DNA of 64,000 nt from the NCBI RefSeq assembly GCF_009914755.1, contig NC_060926.1. One strand, given 5' to 3'. This DNA comes from the human T2T-CHM13v2.0 reference genome, Homo sapiens. Of the stretch, positions 13,133-26,320 are shown piece by piece. Both the position numbers and the translations under genes were made by a program. The stretch's first letter is position 1, and each line of letters begins with the position of its first letter. Below the pieces are notes generated by a model that saw only the letters and a list, made by a program, of their open reading frames with translations, searched no databases and was not told where the DNA came from.

Positions 13133-15474
13133 CAGTAAGAATGACAATGAAAATACCCATGAATTATAACTACCTAGGATAAATATTTCTAAAAAAGAAA
13201 GGAACCCCATTGTACAACTGGAATCAACTCTGTTGATTTTGCTTACATGAAGCTTCTAAAGGGCTTCATGGGCCAGTGTACAAATGCCAGTGCTCTCTGT
13301 GGGCACGGGTGAGTGCTCTGATGTAGCAGGGTGCAGCCCATCCCCACTTCAACTGATACCTCCTATGGGGGAGCTTGCACTGGCTCAACTTTTTCTAACC
13401 CACTGGGCAAGCTTCCACCTCTCTTCTTGCAATGGGGTCTGCTCCTCTGGTCCTCTAAGGTGGATCTTCAGCAAATTGGATCAAATCTGGCCACTTTGCC
13501 CAGACTACAGGGACCCAGAGGCACAAACCATACCTGTGCCACATGAAGCAGTCAGTTTGTGGGTGGTTCTACTTCTCTTCCTTCTGCATAACAGTTCTCT
13601 CCACCTCTCTTTTCCTTCTGCCCAAGAAGTCACAGAGGCCAAATTAGCAGAAGTCTAAATAAAGACCAGGATGCCAATTTTTGTTTCTTGCAAGCACTCC
13701 AATTTCTACAAGTAATTATATGGAAGGTCCCTCACTTAACTGGCATGAAGAATGTTTCTCTTCCCTCTCCTATGGGGAAAGAGAAAAGAAAAAAATTCCC
13801 AACTCTCTGTCTTTCCCAGATGAGATGAATTCCTTTCCACAGATTTCACCTGTCCCCTCGTTCCTGTGCACTCACGTCTCTATCTTCTTGCTTTCCCTAG
13901 CCTTTTGCTTATAAAGTAGGAAAGCAGATGAGGAGTTATACATGCACAATCCACAGAAGGGAAAGAAAACTGATTGAAGAAATACATTTCCCACTGGTCT
14001 ATTACCAAAAGATGAATTTATCAAATATGTATTCTTAAATCCTGAAACTCTGCAGGAGGCAGCGCATGACAATAGGCTGCCCCTTTAAGACTTCTTGCCT
14101 CAGGGACCACAGAGATCCATGCCCAGCCATTTTAAAGCAATCTTGATTCCCGAAGATGTTGACCCCTGGAATTAGTTTCCTTTTTAACTTCCCTTTTTCT
14201 GCTCCCTCATTTGCCTCTGATGTTTCCTGACTTTGATGTGTCTTCAGGATTCCAATTCTAGTATCCACACCATTACGCTCCTGGTGTCTTCTGTCCTGAC
14301 ACCCTGTAATTGAACTTGGCTTAACCCTCCAACTTCTCTCCTGCCTCTCAGGCTTCATATTGATCTTTTTCCCTGGTACCGGCCCCCAGGATATCTCTGG
14401 TTTGTATCTTAGTGTTGCAGATTCCTGATATTAATCTTCGGGATTAGGACACAAGAAATTCTCTGGAATTCCCAAAATCTGTATTTTTTATAAAACTTTA
14501 TGATAGAAATAAAAATGAGTGACCATAATAATAAAAGGCAAATCAATTTTCTGATAGGATTTCCCACTAGTCATTCAGAGGTTTTTCTATTTAAAAAATA
14601 ACAACTTAAAAAATAAATAAAATAAAGTAAAAAATAAAAAATAACAACTTAATACGTAAGGATAAGCTCATAATTAGTTACAGTATAAAACAATATATAT
14701 TATAAAGTTTAATAACATAAATAATCTCAATTTTATAAACATTAAATAATTGAAAACATTAAAAGGAAACAGTACAAAAATACCAATTAAAAATAATTTT
14801 AAAAATTAAAAAAAGGCATAAAGATTTAATATTTAGAAGTTTGTACTCCTACAATGAAATTTTAAGTACACAAAGCATTAATTGCCCTATCTGAAAGTCT
14901 TGAACCTTGTCTCATGACAAATATCCCCAATGTAAAAAACTTCTTTCATCTTGCATTGACTTGCTAAGATTGCACCCAAAAGTACTTTCAAGCGGGATGT
15001 TGGGGTACATGTTACTTCATACAAACTATTCTTTTTTTAATGGTAAAATTATTCTGTTTGCTTGATCTGATTTTGGTTTTGCTATTGAAAGTGATATTGC
15101 TTTTGCTAATTTAGATTTTTGATTGATTTTCTACTTTTTGCATGAGTATTGAATTCAATTCTTTTCTTTACATTTTTTTCTGTTAAAGCACTTACAAAGA
15201 ACTGTAGCCTCTAGCGAATAATCAAATACTGGAAAACTCCACTGAACATTATTGTTTAGGATTCAAATAAGGTAATATTCGGATCTCCTAGTAAAGTTAG
15301 CAGCACTCCACAGAATCACATTTCAAAAGTTCCAATTTAAAGGGTTGTTTTTCTTCCACAACTGGCTATTTCCTGGAACACCACTCATAGGACTTGTATG
15401 AAATATACTATGAGCATGAACTTATTTGTTTTATTTGCAAGAATGGCTCAGTGTTAGCAATAGACAGGGGCATG

Positions 15475-15505
<31 letters not shown>

Positions 15506-15519
15506 ACAAACACACACAC
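15475..15519. repeat. Interrupted (CA)n microsatellite
   Basis: Seen directly in the sequence. Confidence 0.95.
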
Positions 15520-15778
15520 TTACAACCAGACAACAGCTATAACTGGCTGCAAGACGTTGAATACTTCTCTCCTCCTTGCTCCTGTTCCAGCTTCCAGAAA
15601 TGTTTACTTTAACCTTTGATTCTCCTGTCCGTGTTTCTTGCTCTTCCTTTTGACTTAACATCAGTGGATTCCTTCAAACAGTAACATCTCGATGGTTAAG
15701 CTTTCGTTCCCACAGGAGAATTATAATGCCTTTTCCTATTTTCCTGAATTCTCAATGGAATTTTTTTTTTTTTTGCAG

Positions 15779-15889
15779 AATTCAGGGTTCAGAAAACATA
15801 AATTTCCTGAGAAATGTCAAGAAGGAACTCCTGCACGGAAACATTAAGTCTCATTATAGCACAACATATAGTCAATGCATGGTTTCCCA
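15779..15889 (+). ncRNA. Candidate spliced exon (111 nt)
   Basis: T14-GCAG| acceptor and CCA|GTAAGT donor. Confidence 0.35.
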
Positions 15890-16679
15890 GTAAGTAGAAT
15901 TTGCTAAGCAGATATAATGTCTTATATATATACATACACACACACACATATTGACATCTACATATATACACATATGTATCTGAAAAAAAAATCCAATTTT
16001 GGACATGAAAATATATGCCTCCCAAACTTTTCCATGTCATTGGACATGTAGAAACCACTCAAATTTGTAGCACACACTGGGGCACATGGAGGAGGTGAAC
16101 CTGTGGCTTCTGTCACTCCAAGCCCTGGGAGCAGAGGAGATCAAAATATCAGCAGAGCAGTCAGCTACTTCTGCAGTCTGACATGGGTGTTCTCCCATAG
16201 GGGATGAGATATGACACTGACAGGTTGAAATGAACAGACTGAGCTAGGTAGGCCTCAAACAGAACCAAGCTTGGGTCCCTAAGAAAAGGTTCCACAGCAT
16301 GGGAAGGGGAAAGAGCAACGATTTCACAGGGAGCGATTCTGACCTAAACTGTCCATCTACTTACTCATCAAAATGCATATTACTCAGACATAATGAATTG
16401 CAGGGTTTTCATTTCCTTTTGGTTTTGTGGGGTTGGGGGGATGGGATTATATATAAACTTATGTTTTTGTTAATACTTTATGATGTTGGCATACTGTACC
16501 TGTATGCTCAACTGGCCAGTAGATATTGGTCAGACTTAGTTGCTAAATGGGGCAATTGAGAAATAAATGAGTTGCCTGGATCCTGGGGTTATAGAGAGAT
16601 ATCTGCAGATATCTGTGAATGAAGAGAAAGAGCTGAACCATGGATTCTTTGCTCTTGTCTCTCTGTTCTAACTCTCAAG

Positions 16680-16842
16680 CATGTTGAAGTCCAAACTGAT
16701 GTCACTGTATTCCTGGGAACCTGAAGCTCAGAAGACACTTCCCTTGAAATAATCACAGACTTCTGTTTGCTGATGAACTGGCTTAACCAACTAGTCAAGT
16801 CAGCTCTTGGGCAGTATACACAGAGTCATTTCATATCCCAAG
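16680..16842 (+). ncRNA. Candidate spliced exon (163 nt)
   Basis: Long pyrimidine tract ttctttgctcttgtctctctgttctaactctcaag| and donor AAG|GTATGT. Confidence 0.35.
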
Positions 16843-16978
16843 GTATGTTTTGTGGAATTAATGTCCCGGGAGCTCATAAAAATTCCTTGAGAGATGACCT
16901 ACTAGCAGGGGAACCCAACTATTTAGCACCAACTTACACTCATAAAGAAAACCATTAGAAAGCTGATATTTCACCACG

Positions 16979-17160
16979 TAGTGGTTCTCACCTCTGGCTG
17001 TACATAAGAATTTCTGGAGAGTTTTAATACTAATACCAAGTCCGATATCCCCCCACCCCTCAGTTATTCTGATTTAATTAGTGTAGGTGGGATCACGGCA
17101 TCACCATTATTTTAGAGCACTCTAAGTGATTCTATTGTAGAGCCAGGAGTAAGAACTGTC
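16979..17160. mobile_element. MER5A/B-like hAT-Charlie MITE
   Basis: gtagtggttctca start, ttctgatttaatt core, gtgattctattgtagagccaggagtaagaac end. Confidence 0.75.
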
Positions 17161-17298
17161 ATGCTAAGACATAGGGCCTTTACAAAGAAAAGATGCTGGC
17201 TTTTCCTATTTCCTAAGTAGCTACATTTATAACAAGAGCATTCAACTTTTTGTTTGGTTCACATCAATATATTTGATAGAAGTACTGATGTGTGTGTC

Positions 17299-17599
17299 TA
17301 ATATATCTAACCTACTGGCCGTCATTGCTTAGTTTAGGCTGTTTTAAATATGCTGAGAACACTTACATTTGCCTGTGGTTAAGCAAAATCATCAACCACA
17401 AAGCCTATTTTATATTATTAATACAGTACAGTGTTGAATATCTCATAATTTCTTGAATACTTTACCACAAATGAAAAACAGAATGGTTGTATGGGTACTG
17501 GAAGTACACAAGTATGGTTTCTACTGAATGTGTATCACTTTTGCGCTATCATGAAGTTAAAAAATCATAAGTCAAACCATCTTTGTTGGGAACACTCTG
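17299..17599 (-). mobile_element. MER47A-like TcMar-Tigger MITE
   Basis: aaaacagaatggttgtatgggtact...gtttctactgaatgtgtatcacttttgcgc...aagtcaaaccatc matches the recalled MER47 consensus in reverse and ends at a TA. Confidence 0.75.
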
Positions 17600-17729
17600 T
17601 ACTTATGACATTTAGGCCTATCTGTCGATGGAAGAAAAGTCTGAGGTTTGCAGGTATGAAGCAGAGGGACACTGCAAATTTTAATATGGATAGAAAAGCT
17701 TTAGGAAAAGAATGTATAAAAGTTTTGGG

Positions 17730-18049
<320 letters not shown>

Positions 18050-18311
18050 AAGAAGGTACAAAAGTTCTGAAATAACACTATAGGCTTAAGGAATAAGGGA
18101 CCAGAAGTAGCCTGGTAGCCAGTGTATTTCTGGCTTTATACATTCCTTAGGAAAAAAAAAAACTTTATAGATGTATTTAAGTAGAATTAAGGTTTACACA
18201 AATGATTTTTTGAGAGAGAGAGTCCCTAGGACCTAAACATTCGTTCTACGGAGATAGGGTCAACACGCAGATATTTATTTAGCAGCATGGTCTGCAGAAG
18301 TAGGAGGAGGT

Positions 18312-18625
18312 GACCAGATGTGATGGATTATGCCTGTAATTCCAGCATTTTGGGAGGCTGAGGTAGAAGGATTACTTGAGCCCAGGAGTGTGAGACCAGC
18401 CTGGACAAAATAGCAAGACATCATCTCTCCAAAAAATAAAAAAATTAGCGAGGTACGGTGGCATGCACCTATAGTCCCAGCTACTGGGGAGGGTCAGGTG
18501 GGAAGATTAGTTGAGCCCAGGAGTTCAAGGTCACTATGATCACACCACTGCATTCCAGCCTGGATGACAGAGCAAGACCCTGTCTTTAAATAGAATAGAA
18601 AAAAAAAAAAAAAAAGAAAAGAAAA
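18312..18625 (+). mobile_element. Alu (AluJ)
   Basis: J-type ttgagcccaggagt in both arms, agcaagaccctgtct, A-tail. Confidence 0.93.
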
Positions 18626-20291
18626 GGAGGAGTTCAGACGTACAAAAATTTAGTATTTAGTGTGAAAAGAGTGTGAGTTTGATCCTGTGAAAGAACTCAA
18701 AGAGAATCTGCAAGGGTGGTGAGGACAGAAGCAGGCAGACAGTCCAGGGCCTTGGGTTTAGTGCAGTCTGATAGGGAGGCACATACTGAGGAGGATCAAG
18801 TCCCAGATTACACAGTCCTAAGGACTCTCATCACTACAAAAGCACCAAAAATGAACTCAGGTTTTATGCAAAATATTACCTTAGAGTTGCAGAAAAGACA
18901 GGCAAGTTATGTAAATTGAAACTTTCTGCCTCAAACATGAATTTACTGAACAGTTTATTTTTGAACTTTGATGCTTAAAAAAAAAAGTCATTGCTCTTAT
19001 TGAAATAACCGAACTATTTCACCTCATGTGTGATAACTCTCATTAACCCACTCTTTTGGTACATATATTACACAGTCAAGCAATTAATGTATTTTTCTAG
19101 TATCTAGCAGAATTGTAATGAAAGGGGAAAACCCAAAATATTTGAACTTGTTAATATAATTTTCCTCAATTACAGGAAATATCTGTAGAGACAAATGGAA
19201 ATTGAAAAGTAGCATGTCTGATCTATTCCTGAGGCTGAAAAATCCTTTTAAATTTGGGTTTCCTAAGATCCTAATCTATAAAACTTTGATGATAACAAAT
19301 GCTTTTCTCTTACATTGCTATTATATGTCAAAATTAATGACATATAGCTATAGTGTTCTACAAGGCTTTTAAAAATAAAATAAAATAACTAAATGTAAGA
19401 TATAATCAATGTTTAAAAGTAGTATTCAATGATTCTTTTCTAGCAAACTGAAAAGAAATTTCTCCCCTACTTCCAAAACGACACACACACTCATATCCAT
19501 GCACACATATACACATATATGCATATCTTTACTTGTTGAGAATTAGTCAGAAGAGGAAGAGGAAAGATAAATTTCTTTTCAGAAATTCCAACCCAAAGTT
19601 TAGCAGTGGAGATGGTCAGTCGAGTTACAAAAGCTTTAATAAAATAAAGTGTCTCAGTATTCCAATCATCACTTTATCAATCTATCTGGAAGGATGTGGA
19701 ACCACTGGACTCGTAAGTTCAGAGAGTATTGAGACTTGTCACTCATCTGGTTCAAACTTACCTTGACAAAAAGAAAAATAAGGACCCTACAAAGTATCAA
19801 AGTTATGATAAATGAGAGAAATCTGTTTAATTAAAGCTTCTTTCCATTAGCAACCTGTTCTTAGTTCTTATAGACCTATGATTACCAAAATACATAGCAT
19901 ATTTCAGACTACATTAAGCCCATGTTGTAAACCCTTCTTTGCGTATTTTATTCTCAAACACCTGCCTGAGGAATTATGCTAGAGCAAAGTTACATTACAG
20001 AATAGAAATGCACTGGTGCCACATTTCTAAATGACACTATTTTAAAAGATGCCCTTTAATTTTATTTTGTCCATCATTAATTTTTACGGCATCTCTCTTC
20101 CAAGGGGCAAAAGTTTTCAATATTATCTCTTTTAGCCTTATGACACCGCTCATGAGTAGGAGGCTCTCACTTATTTGGAATAATAAAATATGTTTAATTC
20201 AGCTTTGCATCATGCACTAAGTCAAGAGAGTGCTTTGCACATAATCAGTAATAAACATACTTTTAAAACAACTATCATTAAGGAACATATG

Positions 20292-20705
20292 TGTTAGTGT
20301 AGGTTCTCCAAGAAGCAGACACCAAGAAGCAAGGATTTTATTGGGAGAATTACTTGTGACAGAACATGAAGAGGGAGCCTTCAGATCACAATGCAAGTCT
20401 GTAGTCTCCAAGTAAAAGAGAAGGAAGGTGGGGTGAAAGTGTCCTAGACTGCCGTGAAGTATAAGGAAGGTTCAAAAAGGCTGTCAAGGTGTCTTTGAGC
20501 CAAAGTGACCACACTGAGAGGCTGTGTTCCAGGAATGAACCTGCCCTAGTATCCCTCTTGCACCCAGTCATTCACTGGCTGGGAGCAGCCTACACACAGC
20601 CTCATTGCCTATGTATTGGTGGATTTCAGATCTCAGAAGCCAGTGCTGTTGTTCACTCATGCTTCCTGTAGCTGGAGGTCTGCAAGTTCATTTCTCATGG
20701 CCACT
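20292..20705 (-). mobile_element. ERVL LTR (LTR33/LTR41-like)
   Basis: tgttagtgtaggttctccaagaagcagacacc...aaggattttattgggaga terminus. Confidence 0.55.
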
Positions 20706-21054
20706 GCAATGGTCTGAATGTTTGTGTCACCAGAAAATGCATACACTAAAATCCTAGCTCGCAAGGTGATAGTATTAAGAAGTGGGGCATCTTGGAAGGT
20801 GATTAGCTTACAAGGGCAGAAATCTTGTGAATGGAATTAGTGCCCTAATAAAAGATGTCTCAGAGTACTCTGTCTCCTCTTCTCTAGTGAAAAGGCAGTA
20901 GTCTTTGAACCAGAAAGCAGGCCATCCAAGACACAGAATCTGCCGGTGTCTTGATTTTGGACTTCCCAGTCTCTGAAACTATGAAAAATAAATTTCTGTT
21001 GTTTATAAGTCATTCAGTGTATGGCATTTTGTTATAGCCCAAACTATCTAAAAC
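20706..21054 (+). mobile_element. MaLR solo LTR (MLT1A-like)
   Basis: tgcaatggtctgaatgtttgtgtc...ttggacttcccagtctctgaaactatgaaaaataaatttctgttgtttataag...aaaca. Confidence 0.85.
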
Positions 21055-21059
21055 AGTTA

Positions 21060-21255
21060 CTATAGCACCTATCATGTGGCAGACGTTGTCACACATATAC
21101 TTCTTCATTACAACAACTTTGTAAGGTAGTATGATCATCCCATTTCACATGAAGAAATCTGCATCTAGTGAGGTTCACTAACTTTCCCAACTGAAAGCCT
21201 GTATGAAGTAGAACCAGAATTCAATTTCATGTCCATCTGGATCCAAAGCTTATTT
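21060..21255 (-). mobile_element. MIR
   Basis: acaacaactttgtaaggtagtatgatcatcccatttcacatgaagaaatctg. Confidence 0.7.
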
Positions 21256-21354
21256 GTTGAATTAATTAATTAATGCACAAATAAATGAAGAGGGGTTCCT
21301 TAGATGTACAGGAGGCTTAAAAAGACAAGTAAATTTACAATTTTAAAGCTGATG

Positions 21355-21696
<342 letters not shown>

Positions 21697-22303
21697 TTAA
21701 AACGTGTTTTAAAAACAGATGTCCCATCTGATTTTTCTCTCTACTAAATTACAGTGTTTTTGTGTAGTTTGAATTTTTATTGTATCAATACAGATATATT
21801 TTATAAGGGAAAGTGTAAGTCTACTTCACAAAAAGTTCAACTTTGTTCACGGTTTCTGTCCTACATATAAAACTAAATAATTAAAACTATATGCAAATTC
21901 ACCTGTGTACATCAAGAGAGGAAGAGTCCCTTATAATATGACCTATATTTGTTCAGCTCCATGGAAACCATTTCATTCCATTATCCACATGATTTACATA
22001 AAACTAAGGGGGAAAAAGGTAAGAGATGTGAAGAGGCAAAACCTGAAAGGAAACAATAGGGCATCATTCATGACTAAGAAGTTGAGGGGAACCCAGGGCT
22101 GTTTCCTGAGCCTGTGCAGGTATACAACACAGCCATCCATAATCGTGCATCTGTCTCTAATAGCATAAGATATAGTGAAAAGGAAAAATCCACACTTCCC
22201 CATTCCAAAACAGGCATTTGGACAACTCAGGTCCTCTTTAAGTTGCTGAATCTTGTTTACTCAAAAAAAAAAGCTCTGTCTGACTGCAAAATATAACAAT
22301 AAC

Positions 22304-22307
<4 letters not shown>

Positions 22308-22352
<45 letters not shown>
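22308..22352. repeat. Perfect (CA)n microsatellite, about 22 units
   Basis: Seen directly in the sequence. Confidence 0.97.
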
Positions 22353-22354
<2 letters not shown>

Positions 22355-24198
22355 GCACATCACTTACTTTTACTTATTCCACCGAAAGAAAATAGAAAAG
22401 GAAGAAATAGCCCAAATAACTCAGGCCCCACCTCTATTGCTGCTTGAAATACTGTAAGTAATTGAAGAAAAGTCAGAGAATATTGCTTGAATTATATAGT
22501 TATTTGCTTCAATTGTTCCCTTCCGTATGTCTTAGATATCTGGCCATCCCACAAGCATAACAGATTGCCAATCATGCACTCATGAAGGTAAACCAGGGCT
22601 ACCACCCTCCCCCTAGCTCTCACATATTTGATAATCCCAAAAATACTGATTGCATAACATCTTCTTTTTAAAAAGTGGTTCTTTGAACGTATTTTTTTCA
22701 TGGAGTTTACTGTTCTGAAGCACAAATGAGTTCTTTGCCTGTTTCTGAACAAGGAAAATGGTTCTTGCTGTGGAATACAAAGAACAGGTATACCTGACCT
22801 TGAGAATGTTTGCTCTGTGTGTGTATTCCACTTGAAGTAAAATGGTCCTGGATTTAGGTATCAGTGAGCTGAGAAACACAGGCACACCATGCCCTTAGAG
22901 TAAAGCTGATTTAGCTCTGACACTTCCCTATTTGCCAAGCCAAAGCTGTTGCACAAATCACACAGTCTGTAAAAGAGAAAGGGGAAAAACTGCTTCATCC
23001 AGTTTTTCTGCCTAAGGGCTGAATCAGATACACCTCAGCTTCAATTGTAAACCTCTCCCAGGAAGTGAACTCCTAACCGTGACATCAGCAACCTTGTCTA
23101 GGACACGTACATTTTCAAGGAGTGACAGCTTGAGGCAACTATTCCAACCTATTTACCAAAAAGCATAGTGAATTAAATTCTTCATGTAATTTGATTTAGA
23201 AAGGGATTCCTTTCCAGGTTATATTTCTAGTTTCGTCTGGTTAGGAAATTTGGTGGGTAAGAGAATACAAAAGCTGTTGAAGTAATAATGATTGTTGTCT
23301 TTCTGGTTGACTTCTATGCCACTTGCTTTTGAATTAAAAAGTGCAATGAAGGCTGCCTCTATAAACATTTTTTAGTATTTGGATTAGTCAGTTTCTAGAT
23401 GCCAGGAGGACACTTACCAAAACCATAACTCATTCTAACTAGTAGGAAAATTATCTGATTATAAAATTAGTATCATTTATTACTTTTATCATTGTTAATT
23501 CTCCTGGAACGATAATGATCATATCAGCTTCAGTTATTATTTCAAATAAAGACAAGATGTTTTGTTTTTATACATGAAAAGGAGTTTAAATAATATAGCA
23601 ATAAAATGGAATTGTGGTTGAGGGTAAATTGTTAAAAAAAAACTTAATCTAGGCTGATAAACACTGGAGATCTATATTAAACTGATATCAGTTCCAAAAG
23701 AAATTGTATACCCAATGATTTTATAAAGTATTTCAAAGCAAAATTATGACAATGAGAAGGAAAACAAATATTCCCAGTCAACTCAAATTTTGTTTTCCTG
23801 ATTTCATGATGGGTTAGTTAATCTCCTAAGAACACTTAAGAGGTATTATACTCTCCTCCTGTGGCAAGAAAGGATGACTTCAATGTCAAGCTAAGCGTTT
23901 TCGGTTATACCCAGTGTATAGGGAAAGTCCACGGAAAATTTTTGTGTGAAACAATGATTTTAGAAATCTAACTTGGCAATAGTATGAAAATTAAATTGGG
24001 AGGAAAAGAAGACAGAAAGATCATTTGGAAAATTAGTAAAATAGGACAAATTTAATTAAGAATATGCCGAGAGAGGTAAGAAGAGTGATGAAAGCAGCAT
24101 GAAAGTAAGCTTTTGGAAAGTTAGCAAGTGATTGAACGCAGAAGCTGAGGGAATTAGGAACATGAGAAGGTTTAGCGAAATGTGGAAGAAGTTGCATT

Positions 24199-24386
24199 CT
24201 TTTTATTTCTTTTTTTATCTTATTTTTTATTTTTTTATTATACTTTAAGTTCCAGGGTACATGTGCACAACGTGCAGGTTTGTTACATATGTATACATGT
24301 GCCATGCTGGTGTGCTGCACCCGTTAACTTGTCATTTACATTAGGTGTATCTCCTAATGCTTCCCTCCCCCCTCCCCCCACCGCAA
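24199..24386 (-). mobile_element. Severely 5'-truncated L1PA (L1PA4-7-like) 3' end
   Basis: tactttaagttccagggtacatgtgcacaacgtgcagg...ttaggtgtatctcctaatgc. TSD aagttgcatt at 24189 and 24387. Confidence 0.93.
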
Positions 24387-24399
24387 AAGTTGCATTTTT

Positions 24400-25030
24400 C
24401 TTTGGAGCATGCTGCATTTAGAGATTTGCAGCAGAAAATTCCCAGTGTAGAACAGAATCTCCAGTAAGATATGAAGAGTAGCAATAACATCATCACTAGC
24501 CATCCACTTAGAGGTAAGAGTTGAGTGTGCCTGATATTGCCAACATGGAAAAATAGGCTGATGATAATCAGGGACTGAACTTTGGAAAATACCTACATTT
24601 GGAAAATTAGAAGAGGAAAAAGAATTAAAGAATGAAACAGAATAGTTGAACAAATGTATGAAAAACCTAAGATGATACCATCTAAAACTTATTTTGCAAA
24701 AAACAAAGGAATTTTTGAAAGATGAAATATTGGAGACTAAGAATGTAAAGAAGGAAGAAGAAACAAGACTATGTAGCTTGTAAAAGTTTGCTTACAGGAT
24801 TTGGAGTATTATTTCACATCCTGTCCTGCAGGCTGGGAGAAGACCATTGAAAACAGAAGTTAAAAGTACCAGGGTCCTGGCAGATGCACTAAATTGCGCT
24901 ACATATGACATAGAAGGCACAATAACGAAGGATGGGGAACATTTTTTCCTCAAAATGAAGAAAGAAGAAAAAAACCAAGAGATTGTAATGGTGTAAAATC
25001 GAGGGAGCTTGAGATAGAATGTCTAAGGTA
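24400..25030 (-). mobile_element. Degraded L2 fragment
   Basis: Purine-rich antisense L2-like sequence: ggactgaactttggaaaatacctacatttgga. Confidence 0.4.
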
Positions 25031-26233
25031 ATCTGCAAAGGAAATGGCGAGGGGCGGGAGCACAGAGCAGAGGATTGGGTTTTGAAATAAGCGAGAAAGG
25101 TTGGAACATGCGCTTTGGAAAATAGGATATTATAAACAAGTCACTGTAACCGGGCACTTTCATGTCACTATGTATTTCCACCATAAGCATGGTATTTTTC
25201 TCCCATGAATTTTTCTCTTTCACTCAATATCCTAGTTGCTTTCAAAGCCATTGGATAATTAATATCCTTGATAATTAGCTAACCCACTGAAACTTATACT
25301 CTGCAACTATGGTCTAACTTGTCACTACTTTTTCTACAAATTAAGAGATTAAAGAGTTTGACCAGTTACTACACTTTCAAATAAACTAAAAAAACTTAAA
25401 GTCTTCACTTCTTGCTTTGAACACGGCACTAGAGTATCAGAAAAATTGGTGCTGACTCCTTAGAGAACAAGTGCCTTGGCATTTGGCCCCTTCAACTTGC
25501 TTCTATCATGTCAAAGTCTATTGTAGTACAATATATACCATTGTTTTCTTGTCCTAAATTGTCACATCCTGTTGCTCTGCATGAATCTGTAAGTGCCAAG
25601 TTACGCCCTAAAAAGAGATGTTTTCCAATGGTGGGTCTATGGCACAGTTTATTAATAAGAATCTTAGTTCCAGATGAAAGAACAGATCTGGGAAGCAGGC
25701 TTCTGGAGCATGCATTGCCAAAAGGAACACATGAAGTCAAAAGTGGTGAAAAGGTGGCTTTTAACATTCTAGTACATGATTATATAAGCATGTGTGATAT
25801 CAAATCTTTCTTTAGAAATTGACAAGGAACCTGCTTGAGCACCAATTTAAGGTTTTACTATTAAGAAGACAACAAATATTTAGTTGAGAGTGTGTCCCAT
25901 AGCTTACCTGACAAAAATGTCCAGAATGACAATTCCATTAATATCAAAGTTTATATCCAGACAGGAATTCTCTGAAGGCAAATGTTAGCCCCAAATAAAC
26001 CTAATTGGGAACAAGAATTTCACCAAATCCTACAGGGTGGTCAGGACTATCCAACATCTCTTTACTCAAAGGAATGGACTTCTGGAATAATGTATATATT
26101 AGTTAAAATGAGTTTCATCTGAACATATGCATGCCATATTCATACCAGGAAAGCAGAAGAAAACACTGAAGAGTCACCTATCTCACCAGGTCCTCCTTTC
26201 ATGAATAGCTGAACATACCAGCAAGGAATATCT

Positions 26234-26320
26234 GTCTCTCTCTCTCTCTCTCTCTCTCCCCCTTCCCCTTTCCATTCTTCCCTATTCCTTCCTCTCCTTC
26301 TTCCTCTTTGTCTCTCTTTG
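26234..26320. repeat. (CT)n plus polypyrimidine low-complexity tract
   Basis: Seen directly in the sequence. Confidence 0.9.

Noticed and set aside
24741-24753. Resemblance to miR-1 (gaatgtaaagaag)
   Set aside because: A partial 13-nt match in purine-rich, probably L2-derived DNA, with no hairpin partner.
25482-25497. Resemblance to miR-133 (tttggccccttcaac)
   Set aside because: One seed base is missing, the 3' end does not match, and I see no precursor hairpin.
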